Shown: positions 18,827 through 29,070, numbered from the stretch's first letter. The stretch is DNA of 64,000 nt from IMGVR_UViG_3300036853_000446:248001-312000, one strand, 5' to 3'. Notes: generated by a model not told the origin, from the sequence alone. Numbers and translations are program-made.

Positions 18827-19282
18827 ATGGTCGACAAATGGGCACACACGACCGATGAGTTGCAGACGATGATCTCGAAGATGCAGGGCGTGAGCAACTG
18901 GTTCTACACGCACGCGCAAAGGACCGGCTGTCATGCATTCCTGGAGTTTACGGGCCTCATGAACGAGTACATCACGTTATGTCGTGCCGCGCTCTCGCAA
19001 GGCATCGACTTTACCGACACCAACGTGCACGGCCCCGGCAAGGCTCTACCGATGCAGAGCTTTCACCGCGATTATCTGAACGAGAAACTCCAGTGTATTT
19101 ATGGCGTGAGTCTCAACGCACTCACGAAGGCGCGACCGAGCGAAGAATCTGCTGACGAACAGCCCGCGCGTCTCCGAGCGACATGGGAAGAGGGACTCGC
19201 ATCGCTTGACGAGCACGGTCCGCAGCTCGAAACGGATGAGGAATTTGAGGCATTCCTGGACGAGTGCGAAGCGGAGTCGTGA
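18827..19282 (+). CDS. hypothetical protein
   Basis: RBS GGAG; GCHAFLEFTGLMNEYI. Confidence 0.6.
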   Translation: MVDKWAHTTDELQTMISKMQGVSNWFYTHAQRTGCHAFLEFTGLMNEYITLCRAALSQGIDFTDTNVHGPGKALPMQSFHRDYLNEKLQCIYGVSLNALTKARPSEESADEQPARLRATWEEGLASLDEHGPQLETDEEFEAFLDECEAES

Positions 19283-19332
19283 GGTGAAATCTTGTCTTTC
19301 CCCTCCGCTCGTTCGTGGGTATCCTTCCGGCC

Positions 19333-19980
19333 ATGGAGGAGGTGTCTGGCGACATCACGTCGGCCAAATTGGCCAATGCGTACACGTGGGCCATTCGCGT
19401 CCTGCGGTTCGACGACGGCGGGCTGCTTCCGGAAATACGGGAGCGCTACGAAAGACTGGAGGGAAAGCCTGTCGAGGGGCCCTGGGGCCCTTCGCGCTCC
19501 GTATGGCAGCCGGGAATCTGGAAAACGGAACCGGATCTGGTCGAGTGGCGCTCGGCCGCCGTTCCATACCCGCTCTTGATCATCCGTGGCGACGTGGGTG
19601 CACTTTGCGGATACGTCGGTGTCCCGCCTTCGCATCCGTTTCATGGACGCTCGCCCCGCGATGTCGGCTTTGAGTTCGGCATCAATTGGGCAGGTCCCTG
19701 TGATGGCTATCGCATTCCCACGGGCGAACCTCCTGACTGCTGGTGGTTCGGCTTCGACTGCGCCCACGCGGGCAATTACGTGCCCGCTATCGCCGCCCTC
19801 GAGCAATCGATCAGCGACCTCACCGGGGCTCCCCTGAGGCTCATGAAAACGGGATTTCTCTCGAGTGGGTATTACGTGGACATCGCTGAATTGCGCCTCA
19901 GGACTGAAGCTGTAGCGATCTGGTTGTTCGAGGCGAATCAAACCGACGCACCCGACCGTACTCCCAGCAACGTCCCATGA
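19333..19980 (+). CDS. conserved phage-type hypothetical protein
   Basis: GALCGYVGVPPSHPFHG...WWFGFDCAH pattern common in phage genomes. Confidence 0.7.
   Translation: MEEVSGDITSAKLANAYTWAIRVLRFDDGGLLPEIRERYERLEGKPVEGPWGPSRSVWQPGIWKTEPDLVEWRSAAVPYPLLIIRGDVGALCGYVGVPPSHPFHGRSPRDVGFEFGINWAGPCDGYRIPTGEPPDCWWFGFDCAHAGNYVPAIAALEQSISDLTGAPLRLMKTGFLSSGYYVDIAELRLRTEAVAIWLFEANQTDAPDRTPSNVP
19935..19963 (+). promoter_or_regulatory. class-1 ECF-like promoter (variant GAATCAAA)
   Basis: ...ACCGTACTC, ATG 19977. Confidence 0.6.
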
Positions 19981-20225
19981 TCGATCTCAAAACCGCAATT
20001 TGTCATGCCGTCAATGACCTGACACAGGAGCAGGCGCTCTCGCCGTTTACAATGCCCTGGCTCAGTGGCACGAAAACACGAGCGTCGGCCTCGAAGAGGA
20101 ATCCTCCGAGTCCCGGGAGACCGCGCGGTTCACGGCAGCTGTGGACGCGGTGGGCGCCGTCGTGGCGGCCTGTGATGCGGAGTTGGCGCGCGTCGCGCTC
20201 AGCTGATCAAAACACCGGAATCTCC

Positions 20226-20254
20226 GGATCAACCCGTCGGGATTGCCCGTACTC
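20226..20254 (+). promoter_or_regulatory. class-1 ECF-like promoter
   Basis: GGATCAAC-N-CCCGTACTC, ATG 20261. Confidence 0.75.
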
Positions 20255-20260
20255 TCGGGT

Positions 20261-20677
20261 ATGAAGCACACGATCAAGCGCGGCGCCCTGATCATTGGGA
20301 CGATCGATTGCCCCGGCGACTCGGGCGCCTCGGTTTACGGGATGGAAGTTCTCGTGGAGTCAGCCTTCCCAGCCGTCGACCCAGACGCTGACACTCAGTT
20401 CGAGTCGTACGAGCGCGGAGAGAAGTACCTCCAGAGCGCGTACGAGGCCCACTGTGAGGCCAAGGGTATCGAGGCTATGCCGATGCCGGCCGCGTCCAAA
20501 GACCTCGACCAGGAGGACGCCTGGTACATGCGCGCCCGGGAAGCCGAGGAGGCCGCGTACTACGCCAGTCAAATGGAAGGTGTCGTCGAGGAAGTCCCCG
20601 CTGGCCAGGAAAGCCTCCCCGCATCCGCCGAGTTGCCTCCAGTCGCGAGCGACGAAGCCGATGATTTCCCTTTCTGA
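20261..20677 (+). CDS. acidic protein with SSB-like tail
   Basis: Ends DEADDFPF. Confidence 0.65.
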   Translation: MKHTIKRGALIIGTIDCPGDSGASVYGMEVLVESAFPAVDPDADTQFESYERGEKYLQSAYEAHCEAKGIEAMPMPAASKDLDQEDAWYMRAREAEEAAYYASQMEGVVEEVPAGQESLPASAELPPVASDEADDFPF

Positions 20678-21622
20678 ACCTGAGCTGGACGAAAAAAGAG
20701 AGGCGACCCCCACAGCGTCGTGCAAGCGGTGGGGGGCTCCAAACTCACGATCGGGGGGTCGCCCTCTAGGAGGGTAGTGTAGGTGAAACGCTCTTGTCCG
20801 TCCATTTCACTCGATTTCTCGGCAAGTCTTAGCCGGACGGGTTCAAAGAGAGAATGGAGAGCGATCCACCCTCGGCCACAGCCCGCAAAGCCCCCGGCCC
20901 CCTACCCCGTTTGTCTTTGCGCGGGCACCGGAAGGACCGCCCTCCGCATTCGACGTTTGTCTGACCAGGCAGTCGCCGTCAAGTTCAGTGTTTGGCTGTG
21001 CTTGCGCCGCTTTACCCCCCAATTGGGTTGTCATCTGCGCGAGGCCTGTCTCACCGGCTAGTCTGGCCTTGGGCTTAGGCAATCGAGCGCTCATGCATCG
21101 GGTTACTGAAGCTAACTTGCTCTGAGAATATTTCCGGCCAACCTCGCGTAGTTTAGGCTACGTTTGGTTTGGTTGGGGTTAAGGGCTCGCGTAGCGGCGG
21201 TGCGCCTGTGTCAGCGGGGGGTTCCAAATGGTAAGTCACCGGTCCGTCTATCGGACCTTCGGGTTTTGTTGTGCCCTGATCTTCGTCCTGCTCTGGCAGG
21301 GACTTGTGAGCCATGTCATCGGCCCAGAGCTGAGGGGCGGTTTCCTGTTTCTGGGAATGATCATTTGGGCCGTGTGGGATGAGCGTGGCGATGTCGCCCC
21401 ATAGATTTTGTCTTCAAGTTCCCTATTTGCCCCGTACTTCGCCACCGATGCGGGGCCACCTCGGCATAGGTGGAGGCAGAAAAAACTAAGACCCCCTGGC
21501 TTGCCCGTTTGTCAGAGCGGGCCGACTGGTGCGACTTGACGGAACCTCCGTCGTCTCTGGCCTTTGGGGCCGCACCTCGCACGGCGCTTGTCCCGAGCGT
21601 AGCACCACGTACGCTACGAGCC

Positions 21623-21880
21623 ATGTCTTACGCGCGCCGCGGAGCCGAGTCCGATGTCTACATTTTTTCCGACGGCGTCTACGTCATCTGCATGGACTGT
21701 GAACTCGCGATTAACGGGGGTACCATCGCTGAAACCCACTATGGGCCGATGATCGCGCATCTCGAGGAGCATCGTGCACGCGGGCACAAGGTACCCGAGA
21801 GTGCTTTCGCTCGGCTCCGTGAAGAGGAGCGTCTTTCCGCGGTCGTCGCAGAGGCGAGACTCGAGGGTGACGATTTTTGA
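21623..21880 (+). CDS. small phage-type hypothetical protein
   Basis: MSYARRGAESDVYIF...CMDC...HLEEHRARGHKVP. Confidence 0.65.
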   Translation: MSYARRGAESDVYIFSDGVYVICMDCELAINGGTIAETHYGPMIAHLEEHRARGHKVPESAFARLREEERLSAVVAEARLEGDDF

Positions 21881-21957
21881 GTCTCTCGTCATATTTTTGT
21901 GTGAAATCTCAGACGGTGGGGTTTTCGATTCGCCGCGTCGTCTTACGACCGTCATGC

Positions 21958-22122
21958 GTGCGATCGATCATCATACAGATCTTGTTGGTCGTGGGTGCTT
22001 TGGCAATTAGTTTCAAAGTCCTCAGCCTGCATCTTTCGATCATGATGGTTCGTGTCATGCTCTCGTTAATTGCAGCCGTAATGATAATTGTTTATCTGAA
22101 AATTCCCAAAGATCATTCTTAG
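21958..22122 (+). CDS. small 2-TM membrane protein (lower GC)
   Basis: Two hydrophobic stretches; GTG start assumed. Confidence 0.45.
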   Translation: MRSIIIQILLVVGALAISFKVLSLHLSIMMVRVMLSLIAAVMIIVYLKIPKDHS

Positions 22123-22208
22123 ATCCGGTTACGAGAAAGTTTCAGAAAGCGCTGGATGGCTCAAGCCCCGAGTTTTGGATTGTGCCAATTAAGAGTGTGA
22201 GATCCCCC

Positions 22209-22529
22209 ATGGACGACGACAGCCTCCAGCCCGACGCCTTCAATGGTAAGAATTTACTCATCGCCGAGAAGCCTTGTGACGAATGCTTGTTCTCGAAGAA
22301 CAAGCTCGTCGACGAGCAGCGTAAGCGGGTGATCCTTCAGCAATGCTACAAGGATGGCTCGTATTTTATCTGTCACAAGGCCACGCTCGTCGGACGAGCG
22401 GTCATCTGTCACAACTTCGCGAAGTCGAATGAAGGCGCCGGGAATGCGACCATCAGAGTCGCACAATTCTTTGGTATGATCGAATACGTGGAACCGGGAT
22501 GCACCAGCGCCAACCCGAAGAAGCCCTGA
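22209..22529 (+). CDS. Cys/His-rich small protein (DUF6283-like pattern)
   Basis: KPCDECLF...FICHK...IC. Confidence 0.6.
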   Translation: MDDDSLQPDAFNGKNLLIAEKPCDECLFSKNKLVDEQRKRVILQQCYKDGSYFICHKATLVGRAVICHNFAKSNEGAGNATIRVAQFFGMIEYVEPGCTSANPKKP

Positions 22530-23167
22530 GCGGGGCGCGCTCGCCCGAAGCCGACATGATTCGGCTAAAGTCACTCAGCGGTCGAGCGCCACGTCCGACT
22601 GAGGCCGGTTGCAAGGCAAGGTGCGCCGCGGTCGACATGACGTTCTCCACACTCGGGGCACCAGAGGAGCATTGGGATTGTCTCGGTCATGAGCCGTTTT
22701 TACACCGTCGAGCTGCCACCTCGCATACGGTCCCATTTTGGTGAGCCAAATGCGCGGCAGTCATTGGACGCGGCACCGATTTTAGCGCATGATTTATCTG
22801 CGGCTCGGGGAAACCCGAGCATGCAAAACCACCCACCGACCACCCTAAAGAACCACCACCGTGATCATTTCCGCCAAATTCGCCAGTGCTTGCCCCTGTT
22901 GCTCGAGCCGTATCGCCGTCGGCAGCAAGGTCGAGTGGAGCAAGGGTGTAAAAGCCCGCCATATCACCTGTGCGGCCAAGCCCGGCGCCGTCACGGTAGC
23001 GAGTGCTCCGCGAGTGAGCGCTTACGGTCGCGGCTCCGGCGGAGGTCTCTGGACGGGCTGCTCGTGCGGCTCTCGCGAGGGTAACCCGCGTGACAGTGAC
23101 TGCGCGAGCTGCCAATACGACAACGAGTGATCCCTGCGCTTCCGGCAAGAAAAGAGACCACCACCAA

Positions 23168-23569
23168 ATGACCACCAGCGAAATCGAACCCGAAAAGAAG
23201 ACCATCAAAGTCAAGCTTTCCGAGCGCCGTCCCGTCACGCTCGATCCCGAGCAGTGGCCCATCATCGCCAAGGCGACGTGGTTCGACGGGCAGCACCGGA
23301 GTCAGGCCAATCACGAGGCGTATGTCCTGGTGCGGCAGCATGAGGACGGGCGTACACTCGTCTACTCGAAACTGTTTGCTGGAGGCGGCGGCGTTTTCGT
23401 CGGATTCCGCGAATTGGCAGGCGGTTTCCTACTGCCCGCCCGCGGCTCGAGCAACGAGCGGGAGTACGCCGACGAGATTGTCCGCGCCATCCGTCGCTGC
23501 GCTGGCATCATCGACATGCCAGAACTCGGTGACGAGTGCATCTCGGACCTGCCCGCCGAAGAGATCTGA
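23168..23569 (+). CDS. hypothetical protein
   Basis: ORF track; ends CISDLPAEEI. Confidence 0.65.
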   Translation: MTTSEIEPEKKTIKVKLSERRPVTLDPEQWPIIAKATWFDGQHRSQANHEAYVLVRQHEDGRTLVYSKLFAGGGGVFVGFRELAGGFLLPARGSSNEREYADEIVRAIRRCAGIIDMPELGDECISDLPAEEI

Positions 23570-23584
23570 ACATCGGAGAAAACG

Positions 23585-23794
23585 TCAGGGCCCGCGGGAT
23601 GATCCGCTAGTCTTGGTGCCCTCGCAAACGTGGCAAGTGACACGCAGCCGGCCGAGTCCTCCGAGCCACAGCACGCCTTCACCACGGCATTCTGGACAGG
23701 GCTCGGGGGAGCCCGCCGTTTCGCGATCTTTTTGCTCGTTCCTACGCTCCGCATCCAGCTCGTTTGAAGGTTCCTCAGGCTTCGACGTGGACAT
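23585..23794 (-). CDS. small protein with DnaJ-type CxxCxGxG repeats
   Basis: CPECRGEG...CHVCEGT; RBS GAGGAGG. Confidence 0.55.
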   Translation of the reverse strand: MSTSKPEEPSNELDAERRNEQKDRETAGSPEPCPECRGEGVLWLGGLGRLRVTCHVCEGTKTSGSSRGP

Positions 23795-23978
23795 GGTTCC
23801 CTCCTCCTCAGAGACACCTGAGAAGCCACACGACGCTCCAACCGGCACCGATGCCGCCTGAGACGAGCGAAGCCCCCCAGCGAGGCTCCCAGCCTACCAG
23901 AGGCCCCTTCCGTACGTCGACCGGCAAGCCCGGCGAGTCGTTCGGTAACACCACCGGCCTAGCGGAATCTCATATCGT

Positions 23979-24372
23979 TTGTGGAGACCTCTGGCCGGCC
24001 AAGCCGAAGACAGTTCCGGCGTGCCTTCTTGGAGCCAGGAATCATACTCTTCGCCCCTTGTCCTGCGACACCCACGGTCCATTTCCGTTTGCCGCCGTGC
24101 GCGATCTGCTCGGAATTACCCGCGCCCTGTACCGAGCCGAAATCGCTGGAGCGGCCGACGGCGCGCGGCTGCGAAGTCTCGAGGAAATCGGCAGGGGCTA
24201 TCGCAGTGCCCTCGACTTGGCTCGTCGAAGCGGAGAGGGAACGCTCGGTCGTCGTGCAGCGTGGTCATGGGCTGAGAAATCAACGTCCGCTTTGGGCAAC
24301 CTCGTCGCGGAGCAATCACAAGTGGCGACGCTCGTGCGTGCGTCGGCGGCTCTTCTCGGGAGACGACCCTAA
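23979..24372 (+). CDS. helical hypothetical protein (start uncertain; frame of 23764-24372)
   Basis: PFPFAAVRDLLGITRALYRA... Confidence 0.45.
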
Positions 24373-24517
24373 CTCACTGAGTTCTCCACAACGACGCCAT
24401 GCCAAATGCTCACCAAATCGGTAGGCCACCGAGGGAGTCTCACAGAACCCAAAAGAGGGGCTTGCCTTCCCCGAGCCGAGCTGGCAAACCCGTCCACTCG
24501 AGGAGGCGTGAAGCCGT

Positions 24518-24874
24518 ATGGGGGACGCTGACGCCGCTCTTACCGACGAGCAGTTGATCGAGACCATCAGAGAGGGAATGCAGGCCTCGATTGGCCGCGC
24601 CGCACAGTCCCTCGCCGATGGCAAGACGCTCGCTGACGTTTTGGAGGCAGAGCCCATGTCGCTGCAGATTGTGACCATCGTCGCTGACGATCTCCGCGAG
24701 ATTGGCTCTTTCGTCCTCGAGACGCCCCACGGCAATCGGCGTCATTGGGTCTATCGACGTCGCGACGATCGGAAGATCGCCTACGCCGTCAGCTGGACCA
24801 ATCGCATGAGACTTCAGCAACTGGGATTCGCTCAACTCGAAGCGTTCGTTTGCGATCCAAACATTAGTAACTGA
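24518..24874 (+). CDS. hypothetical protein upstream of MqsA-like gene
   Basis: 13-nt gap to next gene. Confidence 0.55.
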   Translation: MGDADAALTDEQLIETIREGMQASIGRAAQSLADGKTLADVLEAEPMSLQIVTIVADDLREIGSFVLETPHGNRRHWVYRRRDDRKIAYAVSWTNRMRLQQLGFAQLEAFVCDPNISN

Positions 24875-24887
24875 GGGGGGTAAAAGC

Positions 24888-25418
24888 ATGAAATGTACCG
24901 AGTGCGGTGAAGACATCGTGCGTTCGAAACCGTGCGCTTATGCCTATGATGGGCTGGGCCTCGATAACGTCGTCCTCACGGAGATTGAGGTCCGTGAGTG
25001 TACGGCCTGCAATTGGTCGGCACCCGGTATTCCTCAACCGTCGGCCCTGCATCGGGCGATCGCGAAGGACTTGCTCCACGAGCGGCGCTTGTTGTCGGGG
25101 CGCGAGCTTCGTTTCTTGCGCAAGATACTCGACTGGTCGGAGGAAGCGCTGGCGCGCCATCTCGGCGTCGAACCTTTCATCGTGGGCGCGTGGGAGCACG
25201 ACTGCAACGACGGAACCGAGCGCATCGAAAGCCCCGTCTTACCGGCCTTGATGGCCCCCATTGACCGCCTCCTGCGCGTCCTCGTCGCGTATCGACTCGA
25301 GGCTCCCTTAGACATTTTCAACGTGTTTCCCGACGTCAAAGATCAGAAAACACCGTGCATTCGGAAGGCCGCCTTCAGGGACGGCGCGTGGACCGTCGCC
25401 AAGGAAAGGGTCGCCTGA
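24888..25418 (+). CDS. MqsA-like zinc-ribbon + XRE HTH protein
   Basis: MKCTECG...ECTAC...LSGRELRFLRKILDWSEEALARHLGV. Confidence 0.8.
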   Translation: MKCTECGEDIVRSKPCAYAYDGLGLDNVVLTEIEVRECTACNWSAPGIPQPSALHRAIAKDLLHERRLLSGRELRFLRKILDWSEEALARHLGVEPFIVGAWEHDCNDGTERIESPVLPALMAPIDRLLRVLVAYRLEAPLDIFNVFPDVKDQKTPCIRKAAFRDGAWTVAKERVA

Positions 25419-25681
25419 TGGACAACCATCCTTACGATCCACAATGTCCGGATTGCGTCCCAGCTCTCATCGATCCCGAGACGGGCGAGATCATTCCGAA
25501 GAGTGATCCGATCATGGTGACCATAATGAAGGTCTGGAATGCGGCGTCGGTCGAAGACCGGCAGGCATTCATGAACATCACCTGGGCCAACAGCCAAGAA
25601 CCCGTCGATCGAGAGCGGATGAGCCTCCTCATGCGTCGAATCCAGAAGGCCGTGGACGTTTACACGAAGAACTTGTCCTGA
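25418..25681 (+). CDS. hypothetical protein
   Basis: TGATG overlap; CPDC. Confidence 0.6.
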   Translation: MDNHPYDPQCPDCVPALIDPETGEIIPKSDPIMVTIMKVWNAASVEDRQAFMNITWANSQEPVDRERMSLLMRRIQKAVDVYTKNLS

Positions 25682-25726
25682 GTCGAGTCTTCCTCGAAGA
25701 AGGGCCGTATGCTAAGGTCGAGGAGC

Positions 25727-26425
25727 ATGCAGTTCAACTGGGATGGCGCCGAGATCGTCACGCTCGACGCGAGTCATGAAACCGAGATCCTCGCCGGGCT
25801 CGACGCCGAGTGTCTCGACGAGAAGGGTCGCCTCAAGGCCGTGCCCGCGAGCGTCTACGCGAATCGGTCGCGAACGGATCTTGCGCTATGGTGTGTCCGG
25901 CGCGGCTTCTATTGTCTGCCGACGCTCGAGCTGGTGGAATTTCTTCGCGAGCAAATTATTGACGGCGACACGATTGAAATCGGCGCCGGCAACGGAGCCC
26001 TCGGGCGCGCGGTTGGGATCCGGATGACCGATTCACGGCAACAGGAACGGGACGATGTCCAGCAGCTCTATCAGAATATCGAGCAGGCAACCGTCCCGTA
26101 CGGTGAGGACGTCGAGAAGCTCACGGCGCTGGAGGCCGTGGAGAAATACCGCCCGACCGTGGTCCTAGGCGCGTGGGTCACGCACCGATGGAATCGCGAC
26201 CATCCTCAGCGGCGTGGCAACATGAATGGCATCGACGAGGGTCGCATACTCGACAAGAAATTCGTGAAGAAATACATCTTCGTTGGCCACGAGCACGTAC
26301 ATGCACTCAAGCCAATACTCGGTCGACCACGCGAGACGTTTCGGTTGCCTTACCTCTACTCGCGATCGCCCGACCCTCGCGACGTCGTCTGGGTCTGGTC
26401 GCGCTCTCGGCGCTTAGCAGGCTAA
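25727..26425 (+). CDS. SAM-dependent methyltransferase-like protein
   Basis: Motif I TIEIGAGNG; RBS GAGGAG. Confidence 0.7.
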   Translation: MQFNWDGAEIVTLDASHETEILAGLDAECLDEKGRLKAVPASVYANRSRTDLALWCVRRGFYCLPTLELVEFLREQIIDGDTIEIGAGNGALGRAVGIRMTDSRQQERDDVQQLYQNIEQATVPYGEDVEKLTALEAVEKYRPTVVLGAWVTHRWNRDHPQRRGNMNGIDEGRILDKKFVKKYIFVGHEHVHALKPILGRPRETFRLPYLYSRSPDPRDVVWVWSRSRRLAG

Positions 26426-26435
26426 AGAGAGCAGG

Positions 26436-26810
26436 CTAAAGAGAGCCTTCGGCCCGTTCATTCTCGGTCGCGCTCTCGAACGCGCTCACTGCAGCGTCGA
26501 GAGTCGTCTTCGCCTGCAGCAGAACGGGACCGAGCGTGGACCCATCCGGCAAGATCCCGCGAAACGTCCGAACCTCGTCGTAGAGCGCTCTCTCGGTTGG
26601 ATCGAGGATTGGCATGATGTAGATGAAGGGGAGGCCTTTGACATCGTCGCTGCAGATGAGCAGTCGCACGCTGACGCCCGTGCGGTGGCGCACCACGACC
26701 TTGTACGCGGTTCTGCAGACGACACTGCAGACGACCTGTCCGAGGGGCTCGAGATCTCGAGCGATCCACCCCTGAATGTTCTCCAGGTCCCTTGCCCCAA
26801 TTTCAAACAT
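26436..26810 (-). CDS. hypothetical protein
   Basis: ORF track. Confidence 0.5.
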   Translation of the reverse strand: MFEIGARDLENIQGWIARDLEPLGQVVCSVVCRTAYKVVVRHRTGVSVRLLICSDDVKGLPFIYIMPILDPTERALYDEVRTFRGILPDGSTLGPVLLQAKTTLDAAVSAFESATENERAEGSL

Positions 26811-26902
26811 CGCCGCCAGATCATAGATACGGCCGCTGCATCTCTCCTGGGCGACGGATGACGTTCACCCTTAGAAGTTGTCATCTCGAAGATCCGTTCG
26901 TG

Positions 26903-27112
26903 TCAGACGCCTCGGGTCTTCAACGCACGATCGATCCGACCGACGAGCTTTACGCGACGCTGGAGGTTCGGGTCAGCTGCGATGTCGTCCTCAGAATTGC
27001 TGTGGATTTCGGTCATGAACTCCCGCCGGGCGTCTTCGAGCAGCTTACGCAAGGATGGGCTCAATGCGGAGCCCGCGCGCGCTCGTGATTTCTTACCGGC
27101 TTTCGATCTCAT
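26903..27112 (-). CDS. hypothetical protein
   Basis: Coupled to upstream ORF. Confidence 0.5.
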   Translation of the reverse strand: MRSKAGKKSRARAGSALSPSLRKLLEDARREFMTEIHSNSEDDIAADPNLQRRVKLVGRIDRALKTRGV

Positions 27113-27357
27113 TTAGTCCGCTCGGAGATCGTCGTCAGCGTTGTCAGATCCGCCAAGCGGACGAACGTTGGCTCGAGAGACTCGGCGTACAGGCGCCGCA
27201 CCTTCTCGACCTCGAGACGAATGACTTCACATTCGGCTTCCGGCAATCCCGTTTCGCGCGGGATGTCCTCGAGAAGCCAAGATTCGGTGCACCAGTAGAG
27301 AGCAAAGTCGGCGGTGGTCATGTTGTCAGGACGCGCCGAGCCCCTCGATTCTGACAT
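27109..27357 (-). CDS. hypothetical protein
   Basis: Coupled in minus-strand operon. Confidence 0.5.
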   Translation of the reverse strand: MSESRGSARPDNMTTADFALYWCTESWLLEDIPRETGLPEAECEVIRLEVEKVRRLYAESLEPTFVRLADLTTLTTISERTK

Positions 27358-27582
27358 TTACTTTTCGCCGCGCCGGGCGCCGCCCCTCAGACTCGTCCGT
27401 TTCGTTTTGGTGGTCTTGCTGGTCTGTTGAACGGCCTCGAGCTTCTTGTTCTTTTTGAGCTGTGCGGCGCGCTGTTTGGCCGTGAGTTGGAGCCCGGGCA
27501 TGCAGAAACCCAGGATGTGAAGATTCGAAGCCATGCCACAGTTGATGCAAACCGGGGTGGCCTTCTCGTTCGTGCGTTTCAT
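27358..27582 (-). CDS. small basic protein
   Basis: CINC...H...C, Lys-rich tail. Confidence 0.5.
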   Translation of the reverse strand: MKRTNEKATPVCINCGMASNLHILGFCMPGLQLTAKQRAAQLKKNKKLEAVQQTSKTTKTKRTSLRGGARRGEK

Positions 27583-27637
27583 CGGTTCAGTGTTTCTCGA
27601 GGATCATCGGGGTGGTTGGGGTGGGGGTGGCAGGGTG

Positions 27638-28186
27638 TCATCGGCCGAGCAATCGCAGGTCGCGCTCCGCCTTTACCAGGTCTTCGCGAGCCTGCTCCAG
27701 GCTATGGCCGACTTTGATCGAATGGTCCCGATACTTCTGCAGGTCCCTGTCGCCCTCGGGCGTGCCCATGCACCGGTTGTCGGCGTCTTCTTCCTCCTGC
27801 TCCAACTGCTTCACACGGGCCTTCGCGTCTTCCACGTCCTTCCGCAGAATCGTTTGATAATCGTCGTCGGACATGACAGGCACCTCCACTGGAGCCTCCG
27901 GTTCTCCGATGGCCACGAGGGCCTCCCGGACGGCGGTGAAGCCGGCTGCACGCCGTTCGGCGGCCTTAGTCTTGGCCTGAATGTCCTCCAAGTCCGTATC
28001 GGCTTCCTCGACAGCGACAACGATGGCTCGGAGCAGATCTTTGGCGCGCTGCTCGGTCATCGCAAAGATGATGTCGTTGACGGTTCGCGTGGGCTTCGAG
28101 GAGGGGGTGCTGGCTTTGAGGCGTCTCATATGGGCTTTCATTTGGCTTTTAGGGTCAGTTGGGCGCGCGCGGCGCATGTTTGGCAC
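27638..28186 (-). CDS. coiled-coil hypothetical protein
   Basis: ORF track. Confidence 0.6.
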   Translation of the reverse strand: MPNMRRARPTDPKSQMKAHMRRLKASTPSSKPTRTVNDIIFAMTEQRAKDLLRAIVVAVEEADTDLEDIQAKTKAAERRAAGFTAVREALVAIGEPEAPVEVPVMSDDDYQTILRKDVEDAKARVKQLEQEEEDADNRCMGTPEGDRDLQKYRDHSIKVGHSLEQAREDLVKAERDLRLLGR

Positions 28187-28222
28187 CAGCGCGACGGCAT
28201 GTGGTATGCTTTCGACAATCGT

Positions 28223-28720
28223 TCACTCCGGGCAGTTGATGCGCGTCCAGTCCGCGCTCGTCGACTGCCACTGCCAACCGCGGGCCTCGAGTTCGGCCAT
28301 GATCGCCGCGCTGCTCTGCCCTCGCGAATTGGGGAACCAAAGCTTCAGCGCGGAGGTCGCTTCCCGGCGGCAGATTGCGTCAAAGTTGATGCGCTCCAGA
28401 TACAGGCCGATGAACGCCGCGCCGGCCGTGAAGTGCCAGTTCGTGTCGTGGGTGTGAGCCTTTCCTTGCCTCACGAAGCCCTTCCGCTCGAGCGCGCGCA
28501 TCGTCGACACGCTGTGCCCGCCACGGCCCGAATGCGTCGTGGTGCTCTCGACCGCGCGCAACAGGACGGTCTTCTGCGCCTCCGACAGGTCCGCGACAAC
28601 CTCGCCGGTCGACTTCTCGACGTGCGACTTGCAAGCGGGCCGGAGGTCGGGTTTCGTACCGCCAACATCGCACAGACCAACGATGTCAGTGCTCGGGCAG
28701 AGGTGGCAAATCGTGTTCAT
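28223..28720 (-). CDS. hypothetical protein, Zn-binding N-terminus plus winged-HTH-like
   Basis: CHLC...ACKSH; STMRALERKGFV. Confidence 0.65.
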   Translation of the reverse strand: MNTICHLCPSTDIVGLCDVGGTKPDLRPACKSHVEKSTGEVVADLSEAQKTVLLRAVESTTTHSGRGGHSVSTMRALERKGFVRQGKAHTHDTNWHFTAGAAFIGLYLERINFDAICRREATSALKLWFPNSRGQSSAAIMAELEARGWQWQSTSADWTRINCPE

Positions 28721-28725
28721 GCTGG

Positions 28726-28754
28726 GAGTACGGGTCAGCGGCTTCTTTTGATCC
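28726..28754 (-). promoter_or_regulatory. class-1 ECF-like promoter
   Basis: GGATCAAA-N-CCCGTACTC, ATG 28720. Confidence 0.75.
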
Positions 28755-29070
28755 GGGCGCGTTCGAAGCGCTGATCCATCACTTTGTGGAACGTGTCGTT
28801 CACAACCATGTCGTGGCACGTCTTGTGCGCGAAGTTCCCATCGATGAGCCAGGACCCCTTCCGGGCCGGCGCGTCGCAGTACATGCAGGCATCGTAGGTA
28901 GCGACCGTCGGGTCGGCGTGGCGTGCACAGGCAATTTCGAGGGAGCCGCCTTCCGGACGGCGATCACGGAGGCCCACGACCGTCTGGCAGTCGCAGGCGT
29001 AACATTGCTGGCCACCGTGGAACGGGAGCTTCTTTTGCGTGGACTGCACGGTCTTCTTTGCCTTTGCCAT
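28735..29070 (-). CDS. small double zinc-finger protein
   Basis: CYAC...ACARH; CMYC...HKTC. Confidence 0.65.
   Translation of the reverse strand: MAKAKKTVQSTQKKLPFHGGQQCYACDCQTVVGLRDRRPEGGSLEIACARHADPTVATYDACMYCDAPARKGSWLIDGNFAHKTCHDMVVNDTFHKVMDQRFERARIKRSR

Noticed and set aside
25696-25706. 11-nt match to array B spacer 3 near the methyltransferase promoter
   Set aside because: Too short to exceed chance; I saw no full-length self-target, though my search by eye was not exhaustive
27533-28774. Long ORFs antisense to real genes (also 53397-54173, 54192-55043, 56803-58038, 62074-62778)
   Set aside because: Shadow frames typical of GC-rich coding DNA; the opposite strand has promoters, RBSs and motifs
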